Assembly: GCF_938002845.1 (NCBI RefSeq)
Contig: NZ_CALKZP010000028.1
Coordinates: 9,805-73,804 of the forward strand
Direction of reading: 5' to 3'
From: an uncultured Campylobacter sp.
Lineage (GTDB): Bacteria; Campylobacterota; Campylobacteria; Campylobacterales; Campylobacteraceae
Length of the DNA: 64,000 nt
Positions 27,707 through 37,156 of the stretch are shown here, piece by piece; the stretch's first letter is position 1, and each line of letters begins with the position of its first letter. The position numbers and the translations under genes were made by a program. A model generated the notes under the pieces. The model did no database searches. It worked only from the letters and a program-made list of their open reading frames with translations, and had not been told where the DNA came from.

Positions 27707-27761
27707 ATTCACAAAACTTTGGTTAAAATGCGGGCTTAAATTTAAACCCGAAGGAAATGCA

Positions 27762-28460
27762 ATGAAGAAATTTTTACTATTATGTTTGGCGATTTTTGTT
27801 TTAAGTGGCTGCGGAGATGATTCGCAGAAAAAGACGGGCTCTGCTGGCGAGAATCCTGCCGCGAGCGAGAATCAGATGGCAAAAAATTCCGCTCAAGATA
27901 AAAATGGCGAGCGTATTGGCGGAGAAAGTGGCGAGGAGGTAGCTTTTGCGCCGTTTAAAACGGGCGAGCGCCTTACGCTTAAAAGCGTCGTAGGCGGCGA
28001 GGTAACGATTGAGCGGACAGAAAAGGGCTTTAAGCTTGCGGACAGCGATAAAATTTTAATGTTTGATATTTTTGGTACGTACTGCCAGCCGTGCCGCATC
28101 GAAGCGCCGCATCTGATGGACTTTCAGTTAAAAAATTCCGCGGATTTTCTAATGGTCGGCTTGATTTATTTTGAGGACATTACGGACGCGCAAGTGATCG
28201 AAAATTTTACGAAAAAGTTTAATGCGTATTATTTCATCTCCAATTCAAAACAAAACGAGCGCATAGTGGGTCAAATTTTAAGCGACATCGGTTATCGTCA
28301 CGCGCTTTCGATCCCTTTTAAGGTAGTACTTAAAGATGGAAAATATCAAAGGCTTACCGACATCAATGAGGGCGATGAGCGGGGCAAGCCGTATTACTTA
28401 GGCATGGTCGATACCGATGTGATAAAAAGCGATATTGCCAGGATAAAAAATGGCAACTAA
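27762..28460 (+). CDS. Thioredoxin-fold lipoprotein (TlpA/ResA-like thiol:disulfide oxidoreductase)
   Basis: Lipobox FVLSGC and CxxC motif GTYCQPCRIEAP. Occupies the same position as C. jejuni Cj1106. Confidence 0.75.
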   Translation: MKKFLLLCLAIFVLSGCGDDSQKKTGSAGENPAASENQMAKNSAQDKNGERIGGESGEEVAFAPFKTGERLTLKSVVGGEVTIERTEKGFKLADSDKILMFDIFGTYCQPCRIEAPHLMDFQLKNSADFLMVGLIYFEDITDAQVIENFTKKFNAYYFISNSKQNERIVGQILSDIGYRHALSIPFKVVLKDGKYQRLTDINEGDERGKPYYLGMVDTDVIKSDIARIKNGN

Positions 28461-28755
28461 AACCGGTGTGCAGATTCACACTCGCGCCAAAACAAAATCT
28501 TTCGTGCCTCGCCCGTATAAAGTAATTTTGCTAAATGACGACGTGACGACGATGGATTTCGTGGTTTATATTTTGATGGAGATTTTCGCCAAAAACTTTA
28601 ACGACGCCGTAGATTTAATGATGAAAGTTCATAGGCAGGGTCGCGCGGTTTGCGGCGCGTATCCCAAAGAGATAGCCGAGTGCAAGCAACAAGCGGTTTT
28701 ACAAGCGGCAAAGGCCGCAGGATTCCCTCTTAGATGCGAGATCGAAGAGGATTAA
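28450..28755 (+). CDS. clpS: ATP-dependent Clp protease adaptor ClpS
   Basis: YKVILLNDDVTTMDFVVYIL...KVHRQGRAVCG. Overlaps the upstream gene by 11 nt. Confidence 0.9.
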   Translation: MATKTGVQIHTRAKTKSFVPRPYKVILLNDDVTTMDFVVYILMEIFAKNFNDAVDLMMKVHRQGRAVCGAYPKEIAECKQQAVLQAAKAAGFPLRCEIEED

Positions 28756-28770
28756 ATTTAAAGGAAAGCA

Positions 28771-31152
28771 ATGATAGGATTTTTTTTAAACAAACATTTT
28801 GAACAAGCAATCAGCGTCGCAAACGACGGCGAGGATGAATATATCACCACTTCGCACGTAGTTTATGCGATTTTTAAATACAATAAGCCCTTCCATGGGC
28901 TCATCGCCAAAGAAATTCCGGATATTAACTACCTAAATATCTTGGATAATCTGGGCGGGCTTTTGGATATGATGCCTAAATCAAGCGGCAAGGCTCCGGC
29001 GCAGACGATAGAATTTAAGCAGTTCTATACTGAATTAAATAACGCTAAAGAGCCTAAAAACGAGCTTGATTTTATGCTTAAAATTCTAAATGATAAGGAA
29101 AACGACTGCACTAAAATTTTAAATCACTACGGTATCAATGCCGCGATTTTTGAGCTCATCGTGCGAAAGTACAAATCCGCTTTCGATCACCGTGATGAGG
29201 TCGTTTCTCGCGACGAAGCCGCAGCGATTAAGCTAAACTCATACGATATCGATGATATCACGCATGCGATGAATTATGACGAAAGTCGCAGGCAGTGGCA
29301 GAATACGGAATTTGAGCCTGCGTTTGAGGGCGAAAAGGACGCCATAAACGAGCGCGATATTAAAAAGGACTCGCCTAGCTCGCTTTATACAGCAAACCTC
29401 AATAAAATTGCGCTTGAAGGTAAGATCGATCCACTCATCGGACGCGAAAAAGAGATCGAAAAGACGCTGCAAACCCTCTGTCGCCGCAAGAAAAACAATC
29501 CGATCTTAGTGGGCGAAGCAGGAGTTGGTAAAACCGCGATCATTGAGGGTATCGCGCTAAAAATCGTCCGCGGCGAAGTGCCAGAAAAGCTAAAAAACAA
29601 GGTGATTTACGCCCTTGATGCTGGCGCGCTGATCGCAGGCACTACGTTGCGCGGTGAATTTGAAGAGAGGCTAAAGGATCTCATAGACGAGTTTAGCGCT
29701 AATCAAAATGCGATTTTATTTATCGATGAAATTCACACGATCGTGGGTGCAGGCACGGGCAATCGCAACGAGCTTGATATGTCAAACATCCTAAAGCCTT
29801 CGCTTGCAAGTGGTGAGCTATCGGTCATCGGCGCTACTACATACGGTGAATACCGCTCGTTTTCGCAGGATAAAGCGCTTAGCCGCAGGTTTTGCAAAAT
29901 TGACGTGAGCGAGCCTAGTATCGACGATAGCGTCGAAATTTTAAAAGGCGTAGCCAAAAAATATGAGGAATTTCACGGCGTAAAATTTAGCGACGAAATT
30001 TTGCGTGATAGCGTAACGCTTGCTAAAAAATATCAAAGCGATAAATTTCTTCCCGACAGCGCCATTGATCTCATCGACGAGGTGGGCGCGAGCTTTGCGT
30101 TTAAGCCGCATGAAGCTCCGCTTGAAATCAGCAAGGACGATTTAGTAAATACGCTTTCGATTAGCGCAAATATCGCAAATTTAAGCAGTAGCGTCGATAA
30201 TAAACAGGTACTAAAAAATCTGGAAGCTAATATCAAGCGTGAAATTTTCGGTCAAGACGAAGCGGTTAGCAGTCTTTGCAAGGCGCTTCTGCGCTCTTAC
30301 GCCGGGCTTGGAGGCGCAAGCTCCCCAATCGGCGTATTTTTGTTCGCAGGTAGTAGCGGCGTGGGCAAAAGTGAGCTAGCTAAGGTCTTAGCCGCGCAGC
30401 TTGGAGTACATTTTGAGCGCTACGATATGAGCGAATATATGGAAGCTCACAGCGTCTCTAGGCTCATCGGAGCACCTCCTGGATACGTGGGCTTTGAAAA
30501 TGGCGGAATTTTAACGAATAATATCAAAAAGCACCCTTACAGCGTCATTTTATTTGATGAAGTAGAAAAAGCTCATCCTAGCATGACGAATATTTTTTTA
30601 GGAATTTTCGATAACGCAAGTCTTACCGATAACAACGGCGTTACGACCGATTTTAAAAATACGATCATAATAATGACGTCTAATTTAGGCACGAAAGAAG
30701 CGCCGCAGGTCGGATTTACAAAAGACGAGAGCTATAAAGTAGATAGCGCCATAAGAAGCTTCTTTGCGCCGGAATTTCGCAACCGCATCGATAAAATCAT
30801 AAATTTTAACCGCTTAAGCGGCGAAATTTTAGAAAAGATCATGGATAAAACTATCGGCGAGCTAGAGTCGCAGCTAAAAAATGTAAAGATTAGTCTAAAC
30901 AAGGAAGCAAAAGATTTGATTATCTCGCGCGGCTATTCGGACGAGTTTGGCGCGCGAAATTTAAAGCGCGAGATCAGCTCTCAGATCAGCGATCATATAA
31001 GCGGCGAGCTGCTTTTTGGCGCGCTGCAAGAGGGCGGCTTAGTTAGCGTGAGCGTAAAAGATGGCGAGCTAAGCTTTAGCTTTGCTTCTACGCCTTTGCC
31101 GCAGATAGAAAAAAAGCAACCCGCACTAGCTCAAAGCAGTGTCGTTAAATAA
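28771..31152 (+). CDS. clpA: ATP-dependent Clp protease ATP-binding subunit ClpA
   Basis: Two AAA+ modules with Walker A motifs GEAGVGKT and GSSGVGKS. No middle coiled-coil of the ClpB type. Confidence 0.9.
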   Translation: MIGFFLNKHFEQAISVANDGEDEYITTSHVVYAIFKYNKPFHGLIAKEIPDINYLNILDNLGGLLDMMPKSSGKAPAQTIEFKQFYTELNNAKEPKNELDFMLKILNDKENDCTKILNHYGINAAIFELIVRKYKSAFDHRDEVVSRDEAAAIKLNSYDIDDITHAMNYDESRRQWQNTEFEPAFEGEKDAINERDIKKDSPSSLYTANLNKIALEGKIDPLIGREKEIEKTLQTLCRRKKNNPILVGEAGVGKTAIIEGIALKIVRGEVPEKLKNKVIYALDAGALIAGTTLRGEFEERLKDLIDEFSANQNAILFIDEIHTIVGAGTGNRNELDMSNILKPSLASGELSVIGATTYGEYRSFSQDKALSRRFCKIDVSEPSIDDSVEILKGVAKKYEEFHGVKFSDEILRDSVTLAKKYQSDKFLPDSAIDLIDEVGASFAFKPHEAPLEISKDDLVNTLSISANIANLSSSVDNKQVLKNLEANIKREIFGQDEAVSSLCKALLRSYAGLGGASSPIGVFLFAGSSGVGKSELAKVLAAQLGVHFERYDMSEYMEAHSVSRLIGAPPGYVGFENGGILTNNIKKHPYSVILFDEVEKAHPSMTNIFLGIFDNASLTDNNGVTTDFKNTIIIMTSNLGTKEAPQVGFTKDESYKVDSAIRSFFAPEFRNRIDKIINFNRLSGEILEKIMDKTIGELESQLKNVKISLNKEAKDLIISRGYSDEFGARNLKREISSQISDHISGELLFGALQEGGLVSVSVKDGELSFSFASTPLPQIEKKQPALAQSSVVK

Positions 31153-31835
31153 TGGCTCGGTTTTACGATTTTCCAGATCCTATGGATGCGCCCGATTTTG
31201 CGCCGCTTGCAAGTGGCGGCGATCTGAGCGAGGATTGCTTGCTTAGCGCTTATAGCGCAGGGATATTTCCGTGGTTTAACGAGGATGAGCCGATTTTATG
31301 GTGGTCGCCCGATCCGCGCGCAGTGCTTGATCCACGCGAAGTGCGTGTGCAAAAGTCCATCAAGCCCTATCTTAAGCGATATGAAGTGAAATTTGACGCA
31401 AATTTTAAGGGCTTCATCGAGCGCTGCAAAGACGTACGAAAAAAAGAGAGCGACGGCACGTGGATCAGCGAGCAGATCGTGCAGGCTTACTCGCGTTTGG
31501 CAGCAGACGGCTACGCTCACAGCGTCGAGGCGTACGAGGACGGCGAGCTTGTGGGTGGGCTATACGGGCTAATTTTTGGGCGTGTGTTTTGCGGCGAGAG
31601 TATGCTGAGCCTAAAGAGCAATGCTTCGAAAGTCGCGCTGATTAGGCTTTGTGAGGTGCTTGCAAATTTCGGCTTTCTAATCGATTGTCAGATTATGAAC
31701 GAGCATCTGAAATTTATGGGTGCTAAAGAGATGCCGCGAGCGGAATTCCTCGCTCTATTTGCTGAGCTTAGTGCGCAAGATAGCGGCTTTGAGCGCTTTG
31801 CGGATCTTAAAGTTCCGCGCGGAGCGCAGCATTGA
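31152..31835 (+). CDS. aat: Leucyl/phenylalanyl-tRNA--protein transferase
   Basis: GIFPWFNEDEPILWWSPDPRAVL and GESMLS motifs. The TAATG junction overlaps the clpA stop. Confidence 0.9.
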   Translation: MARFYDFPDPMDAPDFAPLASGGDLSEDCLLSAYSAGIFPWFNEDEPILWWSPDPRAVLDPREVRVQKSIKPYLKRYEVKFDANFKGFIERCKDVRKKESDGTWISEQIVQAYSRLAADGYAHSVEAYEDGELVGGLYGLIFGRVFCGESMLSLKSNASKVALIRLCEVLANFGFLIDCQIMNEHLKFMGAKEMPRAEFLALFAELSAQDSGFERFADLKVPRGAQH

Positions 31836-31897
31836 GTCAAAGCTTGAGATGCAGCAGCGTAAAAAATGCGCGGAATTTAGAATTTTAAAGAAATAAG

Positions 31898-33718
31898 ATG
31901 TGGCAAAGAGATAAAAGCTCCTCGGTCGGTATGATTATTGTGATGTTTATATTCGTGCCGGCGGCGCTTTTTGTATTTTTGGCGATTTTATATTTTTGGG
32001 GCAGCACTGAGCGCAAGCTACCGCGCCTGGATGTCAATGAAACCAACAGCGCGATCCGCGGCGCGATAATCGCAAAAGATAATTATGTCGCGGCAAATTC
32101 CGTCAAACTCTATAAAGTTAGCGTCGATGCGCGAAGCATCGATAAAAACAAGCTTGATCTTTTCGTGCGGCTTTATTGCATCTATACGGGCGATAGCGAA
32201 AAGCGTGTCAAAAGCGCGATCGAGGGCTCTGGCGGCACGACCGTGCTGTCGTATAAGATCGACGCCAAAACCGCCGTGCATCTAAAAGAGCTTGCATATA
32301 AGCTAAATTTAAAAAAGGTCTTCGTCAGCTTCATGGGCTCAAACGGCAGGTTAAATCCGCCTATCCGCATGAGCGTGACCGAAAGCGGCGAGAAGCGCAG
32401 TTACAATGTCGGCGATTCGCTCACTCCGTTAATCGGCTATATCAATAAAAAAGAGGTTGATGGCATCACCAAGGTTAGCGGCATCAAAGGGATCGAGAAG
32501 TACTATGAGTATTATCTAGCGCCGGTTAGAGATGAGTTTATCGTGGGTCCGCGCGATATCGGCGGCAATATCATTCTAGAGCGCAGCAGCAAAAAAACGG
32601 GAAGGATCGACGGCTACAATGTCCGCCTAAGCGTGCCGCTAACGCTGCAAAGAAAGATAGAGCGCCTAAGCGATGAGGGCGCTGATAATTACGATGCGCG
32701 AGAAATCGTTGTGGGCATTATGAACTCCAAAACGGGCAAAATTTTATCTCTTGCGACCAACGCTCGCTATGATCCCTCAAACATCACGAAAAACGATCTT
32801 AAGAATTTAAATTTTACCGCGAGCGAATACGCCTACGAAGTGGGCTCGATTATGAAGCCGATAATTTTCGCAATCGCCTATGATGCCAAAGCCGTCAAAC
32901 CGGGCGAGATCATTAATACCTATAACGGCAGCTATAAGCTTGGTACTCGCACGATCCGCGACACGCATCCTGCAAAGCAGATGAGCGGCGAGGAGATCAT
33001 CATCCACAGCTCAAATATTGGAATGATTAAAATTTCAGAGCGGCTGGAGGGGCAGGCTATTTATGACGGGCTGATGAATTTTGGTATGTCGCAAAAAACG
33101 GGTATCGATCTGCCGTATGAGCAAAGCGGAAATATACCTAGTATCAAAAGCCTGAATAATAAAATTTACAAAGCCACGATCAGCTACGGCTACGGCGCGC
33201 AGATGACCTTCCTTCAGATGCTCAATGCCTATACCGTCTTTAACAACGGCGGCGTCATGATTAGCCCGCGTCTAGTCGAAAATCTAGAAAATAACGGCAA
33301 AACTTACATCGTCAACGAAAGCGAAACCCGCCAGGTCATCTCTAAACCTACCGCCGACGTAATCAAAGGAATTTTAATCAAAACGGTTGAGAGCGGCACT
33401 GGGCGCAAGGGGCGGGTAGCGGGGCTGCAAATCGGCGGTAAGACGGGCACTGCGCGTATCGCCAAGGGAGGCGGCTATTCGAGCGCCTATAACAGCTCGT
33501 TTTTCGGCTTTGCCAACGACGCGGACACCAGCTACACGATCGGCGTTTTGGTGCGCGAGCCTAAAAGAGGCAGCTACTACGCCGCTCAAAATGCGCTGCC
33601 GATCTTTAAGCGAGCGGTAGGAATTTTGATTGAGGAGGGCTATCTAAAGCCCGCAGCTGACGCAAACGCTACGCAAAAGGTTGAGATCAAGGATGAGGCA
33701 GTTGAAATTAAAGATTAA
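31898..33718 (+). CDS. Class B penicillin-binding protein (PBP2/FtsI-type transpeptidase)
   Basis: N-terminal membrane anchor and the SxxK (GSIMKP), SxN (HSSN) and KTGT motifs. I cannot assign it to the elongation or division paralog by eye. Confidence 0.85.
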   Translation: MWQRDKSSSVGMIIVMFIFVPAALFVFLAILYFWGSTERKLPRLDVNETNSAIRGAIIAKDNYVAANSVKLYKVSVDARSIDKNKLDLFVRLYCIYTGDSEKRVKSAIEGSGGTTVLSYKIDAKTAVHLKELAYKLNLKKVFVSFMGSNGRLNPPIRMSVTESGEKRSYNVGDSLTPLIGYINKKEVDGITKVSGIKGIEKYYEYYLAPVRDEFIVGPRDIGGNIILERSSKKTGRIDGYNVRLSVPLTLQRKIERLSDEGADNYDAREIVVGIMNSKTGKILSLATNARYDPSNITKNDLKNLNFTASEYAYEVGSIMKPIIFAIAYDAKAVKPGEIINTYNGSYKLGTRTIRDTHPAKQMSGEEIIIHSSNIGMIKISERLEGQAIYDGLMNFGMSQKTGIDLPYEQSGNIPSIKSLNNKIYKATISYGYGAQMTFLQMLNAYTVFNNGGVMISPRLVENLENNGKTYIVNESETRQVISKPTADVIKGILIKTVESGTGRKGRVAGLQIGGKTGTARIAKGGGYSSAYNSSFFGFANDADTSYTIGVLVREPKRGSYYAAQNALPIFKRAVGILIEEGYLKPAADANATQKVEIKDEAVEIKD

Positions 33719-33724
33719 ATTTGC

Positions 33725-34160
33725 TAAATTTCGCGAGGTTTTTTAAAATTTTGCGACTTGCGACGACGAAAATTCGCGGAATTTGGCGCGGCTTTTTGAA
33801 ATTTTACGGCGTTTAAATTTTATGGCGCGGAATTTTGGCGGCATAGAATTTCGTGGCGTAAATTTTAACGGCACGAAGATGGAATTTTATCGCGATGCGG
33901 GATTTTGGCGCGGTAGTAAAATTTTATCACGGTTTGAAATTTTGCATGGCGCCGCTCGCTGCACTAAAGCAACTGAATTTTATCGTGATGCGAAATTCGG
34001 TGCGGCATAAAATTCCGTATCAAGGCAAAATTTTAAATTTGCCGCCGTGCAAATAAGCGCAAGTAAAACGGCGAGCGAGCTTGAAATGTTAAATTTAAGA
34101 CGCGCAATGTATCTGCGTAGCCCTGAAATTTAGCGAGTTTGAGAGCGAAATTTAACTATG
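33725..34160. repeat. Intergenic array of RAATTTT boxes followed by GGCG-type linkers (~16-20-bp period)
   Basis: Units include ggaatttggcgcgg, gaaattttacggcg, taaattttatggcgcgg, gaattttggcggc, gaatttcgtggcg, taaattttaacggc, ggaattttatcgcg, ggattttggcgcgg, aaattttatcacgg, gaaattttgcatggcg, gaattttatcgtg and gaaattcggtgcgg. Confidence 0.8.
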
Positions 34161-34188
34161 AAATTTAACGCAAAGAAAAGAGGAAAAT

Positions 34189-35445
34189 ATGAAAGCAAAT
34201 GAGGGAAAAATGAAAATAGCGATAATCGGACTTGGCTACGTGGGGCTTCCTTTGGCGGCGGCGTTTGCCGCAAAACACGAGGTTGTGGGCTTTGACGTCT
34301 CGCAAGAGCGCATAGAGGAGCTGCGCGGCGGGCACGACCGCACGCTGGAGCTTAGCGACGAGGAGCTTGCTGCGGCGATTCAAAACGGACTTAAATTTAG
34401 CGCAAATCTAGATGATATGAGGCAGAGCAATTTTTATATCGTGTGCGTGCCGACGCCCGTAGATAGGCTAAATCGCCCCGATCTCACGCCGCTAATCAAG
34501 GCCAGCGAAAGCGTTGGAGCCGTGCTTAAAAAGGGCGACATCGTCGTGTATGAAAGCACCGTCTATCCGGGCGCTACGGAGGAGGACTGCGTGCCGGTGT
34601 TGCAGCGCGTAAGCGGGCTAAAATTTAACCGCGATTTTTTCTGTGGATATTCGCCCGAGCGTATCAATCCGGGCGATAAAGTTCACACCGTCACGAAGAT
34701 CAAAAAGATCGTCTCGGCAAGCACCCCAGAGGCTCTGGACGTCGTAGATAGCGTCTATCTTAGCATCCTGCAAAACGGCACCTTTCGCGCTAGCAGCATT
34801 AAGGTCGCCGAAGCCGCGAAGGTGATCGAAAACACCCAGCGCGACATCAACATCGGCTTTATCAACGAGCTTGCGATCCTGTTCGGCAAGCTCGGTATCA
34901 ACACCAACGACGTCATCGACGCAGCGGCTACGAAGTGGAATTTCTTAAGCTTCCGTCCGGGGCTCGTCGGCGGACACTGTATCGGCATCGATCCGTATTA
35001 TCTGGCGCAGAAGGCGACCGAGGTGGGCTATCACCCCGAAATCATCCTCTCAAGCCGCCGCATTAACGACAATATGGGAAGCTACGTCGCTACGGAGGTC
35101 GTTAAGATGATGATAAAATACGACGAAAAGGTAAAGGGCGCGAAGGTCTTGATCTTGGGGCTGACGTTTAAAGAAAACTGCCCCGACACCCGCAATACGC
35201 GCGTCGTGGATATGATAAACGAGCTTAAAAATTTCGGCTGCGAGGTAAGCGTCTATGATCCTTGGGCGAGCGCCGCCGACGCCAAGAGATACTACGACAT
35301 CGATCTGCTGCAAAAGCCTGACTTGCGCAAATTTGACTGCGTCGTAATCGCCGTAGCGCATAAGCAGTTTTTCGAGCTTGATTACGCGGGCTCTCTGGTT
35401 TACGACGTGAAAAACGTCTATAAAGGCGCGCAAGGAAAGCTCTGA
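34189..35445 (+). CDS. Nucleotide-sugar 6-dehydrogenase (TviB/WbpO-like UDP-N-acetylhexosamine dehydrogenase family)
   Basis: Rossmann motif KIAIIGLGYVGLPLA, then GFDVSQERIEELRGGHDRTLE and a catalytic-Cys region GGHCIGIDPYY. The start could be ATG 34189 or ATG 34210. Confidence 0.8.
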   Translation: MKANEGKMKIAIIGLGYVGLPLAAAFAAKHEVVGFDVSQERIEELRGGHDRTLELSDEELAAAIQNGLKFSANLDDMRQSNFYIVCVPTPVDRLNRPDLTPLIKASESVGAVLKKGDIVVYESTVYPGATEEDCVPVLQRVSGLKFNRDFFCGYSPERINPGDKVHTVTKIKKIVSASTPEALDVVDSVYLSILQNGTFRASSIKVAEAAKVIENTQRDINIGFINELAILFGKLGINTNDVIDAAATKWNFLSFRPGLVGGHCIGIDPYYLAQKATEVGYHPEIILSSRRINDNMGSYVATEVVKMMIKYDEKVKGAKVLILGLTFKENCPDTRNTRVVDMINELKNFGCEVSVYDPWASAADAKRYYDIDLLQKPDLRKFDCVVIAVAHKQFFELDYAGSLVYDVKNVYKGAQGKL

Positions 35446-35480
35446 AATTTAGCCGAGGTTTAAATTTAGATTTTATCAGT

Positions 35481-35526
35481 GCGGTTTACTTTTTATGTTT
35501 TGAAGCTCAAACATAATGTAAGCCGC
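35481..35526 (+). terminator. Nested hairpin downstream of the dehydrogenase gene
   Basis: The outer arms GCGGTTTAC and GTAAGCCGC pair with one G-U. The inner arms ATGTTT(T)GA and TCAAACAT also pair. No clear U-tract. Confidence 0.4.
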
Positions 35527-35677
35527 AAAATAGATAAAATTTTGTATAAGTGAAAGTTAACCCTTATAGTTATATAATCGCGGCACTTTCGGGGAAATAA
35601 AACGAGTTGTCGCTTTAGGTTTTGTTTAAAAGCTAAAGCTCTTTGCAGGCTAGTGTTTTAAGGCTAAAGGATCAAAT

Positions 35678-36997
35678 TTGAAGACCTTTTTGAAGACCTT
35701 GCTTAAAATCATAAAAAACATCTTTAAAGGTATATTTTATATAGTTGTTTTTATAGGTCTTTTTGCCTTGGCGCTCAAAGTTCAGACCGGCAGATTTAAA
35801 TCAACCTCCCATCACTATACCGTCACTGCAAATACCAAAGTAGATCCTAACTCCGAGCTAGCTAAATACGTAACACAAAAGGAGATAAACGCAGTTGGCT
35901 ATAGATATTGGGATATAGACGAAGAGGAGGTTAGAGATAACCCCACGATGGAACTTTTACGCAGGAGTTTAAAATCAAAAGATACGGATAAAATTTTAAA
36001 ATTTATGCAGGATAATAATATAAGCGTAGATACCCCTCTTCATTTCGGCGTTACCCCTTTGATGTACGCTAGCTTTTACGATGACGAAAAGACAGCAAAA
36101 AAGCTGATAGAGATGGGTGCCGATCCTCATAAGAAAGATAATTACGAGCTATCTCCTATGGCATACGCTATGGAAAATAACGCCACTAAGTCGGTTAGGC
36201 TTTTACTAGATAGCGGAGTTAAGTTTGACGAAGTAGAGATAGTGCAAGAAACCTACGGCATTAGAGATGTCGAAAATTGGATAGATTCTGTAAGCTTTGA
36301 CGAAAACGCTACTCCGATCATACATTACCGCACGAAAGAGGTTCTTTTTAGCGGCGGAGGCGAGCCATATTATTTTATCAGCCACCTAGTTAGAAACAAT
36401 ATGTACGATATAATGAAAATGGTGCTAGAGAGTGGTTATAGACCGTATACCTACTCCACTTTCAATATGGGAGAGGTCTATGTTTCAAATAAACTAGAGG
36501 AGATACCGAGCTATAGAAACATAAAGAATACCCATAAAAGATATGGAGTAGAGGAGTTTAGGCTTTATAAATCGGTATATGGCGATCTGTTAGACGTGCC
36601 CGAGCCCGGAGCTATGATAGATCTACTTTTGCAATATGATATAGGCGGAATCCCAAACGATGAATTTTTAAAAAGAATGTATGATGATAAATGCTATAAA
36701 GAATATAGGTATGATATAGAAAGCGAATATTATAAGAAAGCAACTAAAGCTAGGTTCGAACTTGCTTTTTTACAAAAACATTGTTCCGACAAGAACGCTA
36801 CCTTTAAAAATATCAAAGAGTATATACTATTTGCGGTAGAGCGGAAAAAAGTTCGCGTGATAGAATTTACGGCAGATGAAAGAAATATAAAAAATCCCAA
36901 CTTCCATATATCTAAAGAGGAAGTCGAGAGGCTAACGAACGATTATAAAGAATATAAAAGAAATTTATTTAGTAAAGAAGCGGAAGATCAAAAATAA
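35678..36997 (+). CDS. Membrane-anchored ankyrin-repeat protein in a markedly A+T-rich islet
   Basis: TTG start, then N-terminal TM helix IFYIVVFIGLFALAL. ANK-like repeats are present (GVTPLMYASFYDDEKTAKKLIEMGADPHKKD; LSPMAYAMENNATKSVRLLLDSGVKFD). The ~230-aa C-terminal domain is unrecognised. Confidence 0.7.
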   Translation: MKTFLKTLLKIIKNIFKGIFYIVVFIGLFALALKVQTGRFKSTSHHYTVTANTKVDPNSELAKYVTQKEINAVGYRYWDIDEEEVRDNPTMELLRRSLKSKDTDKILKFMQDNNISVDTPLHFGVTPLMYASFYDDEKTAKKLIEMGADPHKKDNYELSPMAYAMENNATKSVRLLLDSGVKFDEVEIVQETYGIRDVENWIDSVSFDENATPIIHYRTKEVLFSGGGEPYYFISHLVRNNMYDIMKMVLESGYRPYTYSTFNMGEVYVSNKLEEIPSYRNIKNTHKRYGVEEFRLYKSVYGDLLDVPEPGAMIDLLLQYDIGGIPNDEFLKRMYDDKCYKEYRYDIESEYYKKATKARFELAFLQKHCSDKNATFKNIKEYILFAVERKKVRVIEFTADERNIKNPNFHISKEEVERLTNDYKEYKRNLFSKEAEDQK

Positions 36998-37060
36998 TAG
37001 GCGGCTAGGCAACCCGCTGTGAAATAATTAAATTTAAAGCCCCATCTAATTACCGAAAAA

Positions 37061-37086
37061 GATAAAATTTCGCCGATTTTATCGGC
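37061..37086. terminator. Alternative hairpins between the convergent ankyrin gene and hemH
   Basis: Either GATAAAAT-ttcgccg-ATTTTATC or GCCGAT-ttt-ATCGGC can form. Confidence 0.4.
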
Positions 37087-37156
37087 ATTGTATTTGGCCT
37101 GCGAACTCCGCAAAAGTATAAAAACTCGAATAGAAAAGTTAAATTAATCTCTAAAT

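Noticed and set aside
33783-34010. Tracked 75-aa + strand ORF, and similar ORFs at 25723..25923, 3312..3755 and 16798..17049
   Set aside because: They lie entirely within box/linker arrays, have repetitive translations that mirror the DNA repeat, and lack ribosome-binding sites. AAATTT contains no stop codon in any frame, so such arrays generate open frames by chance.
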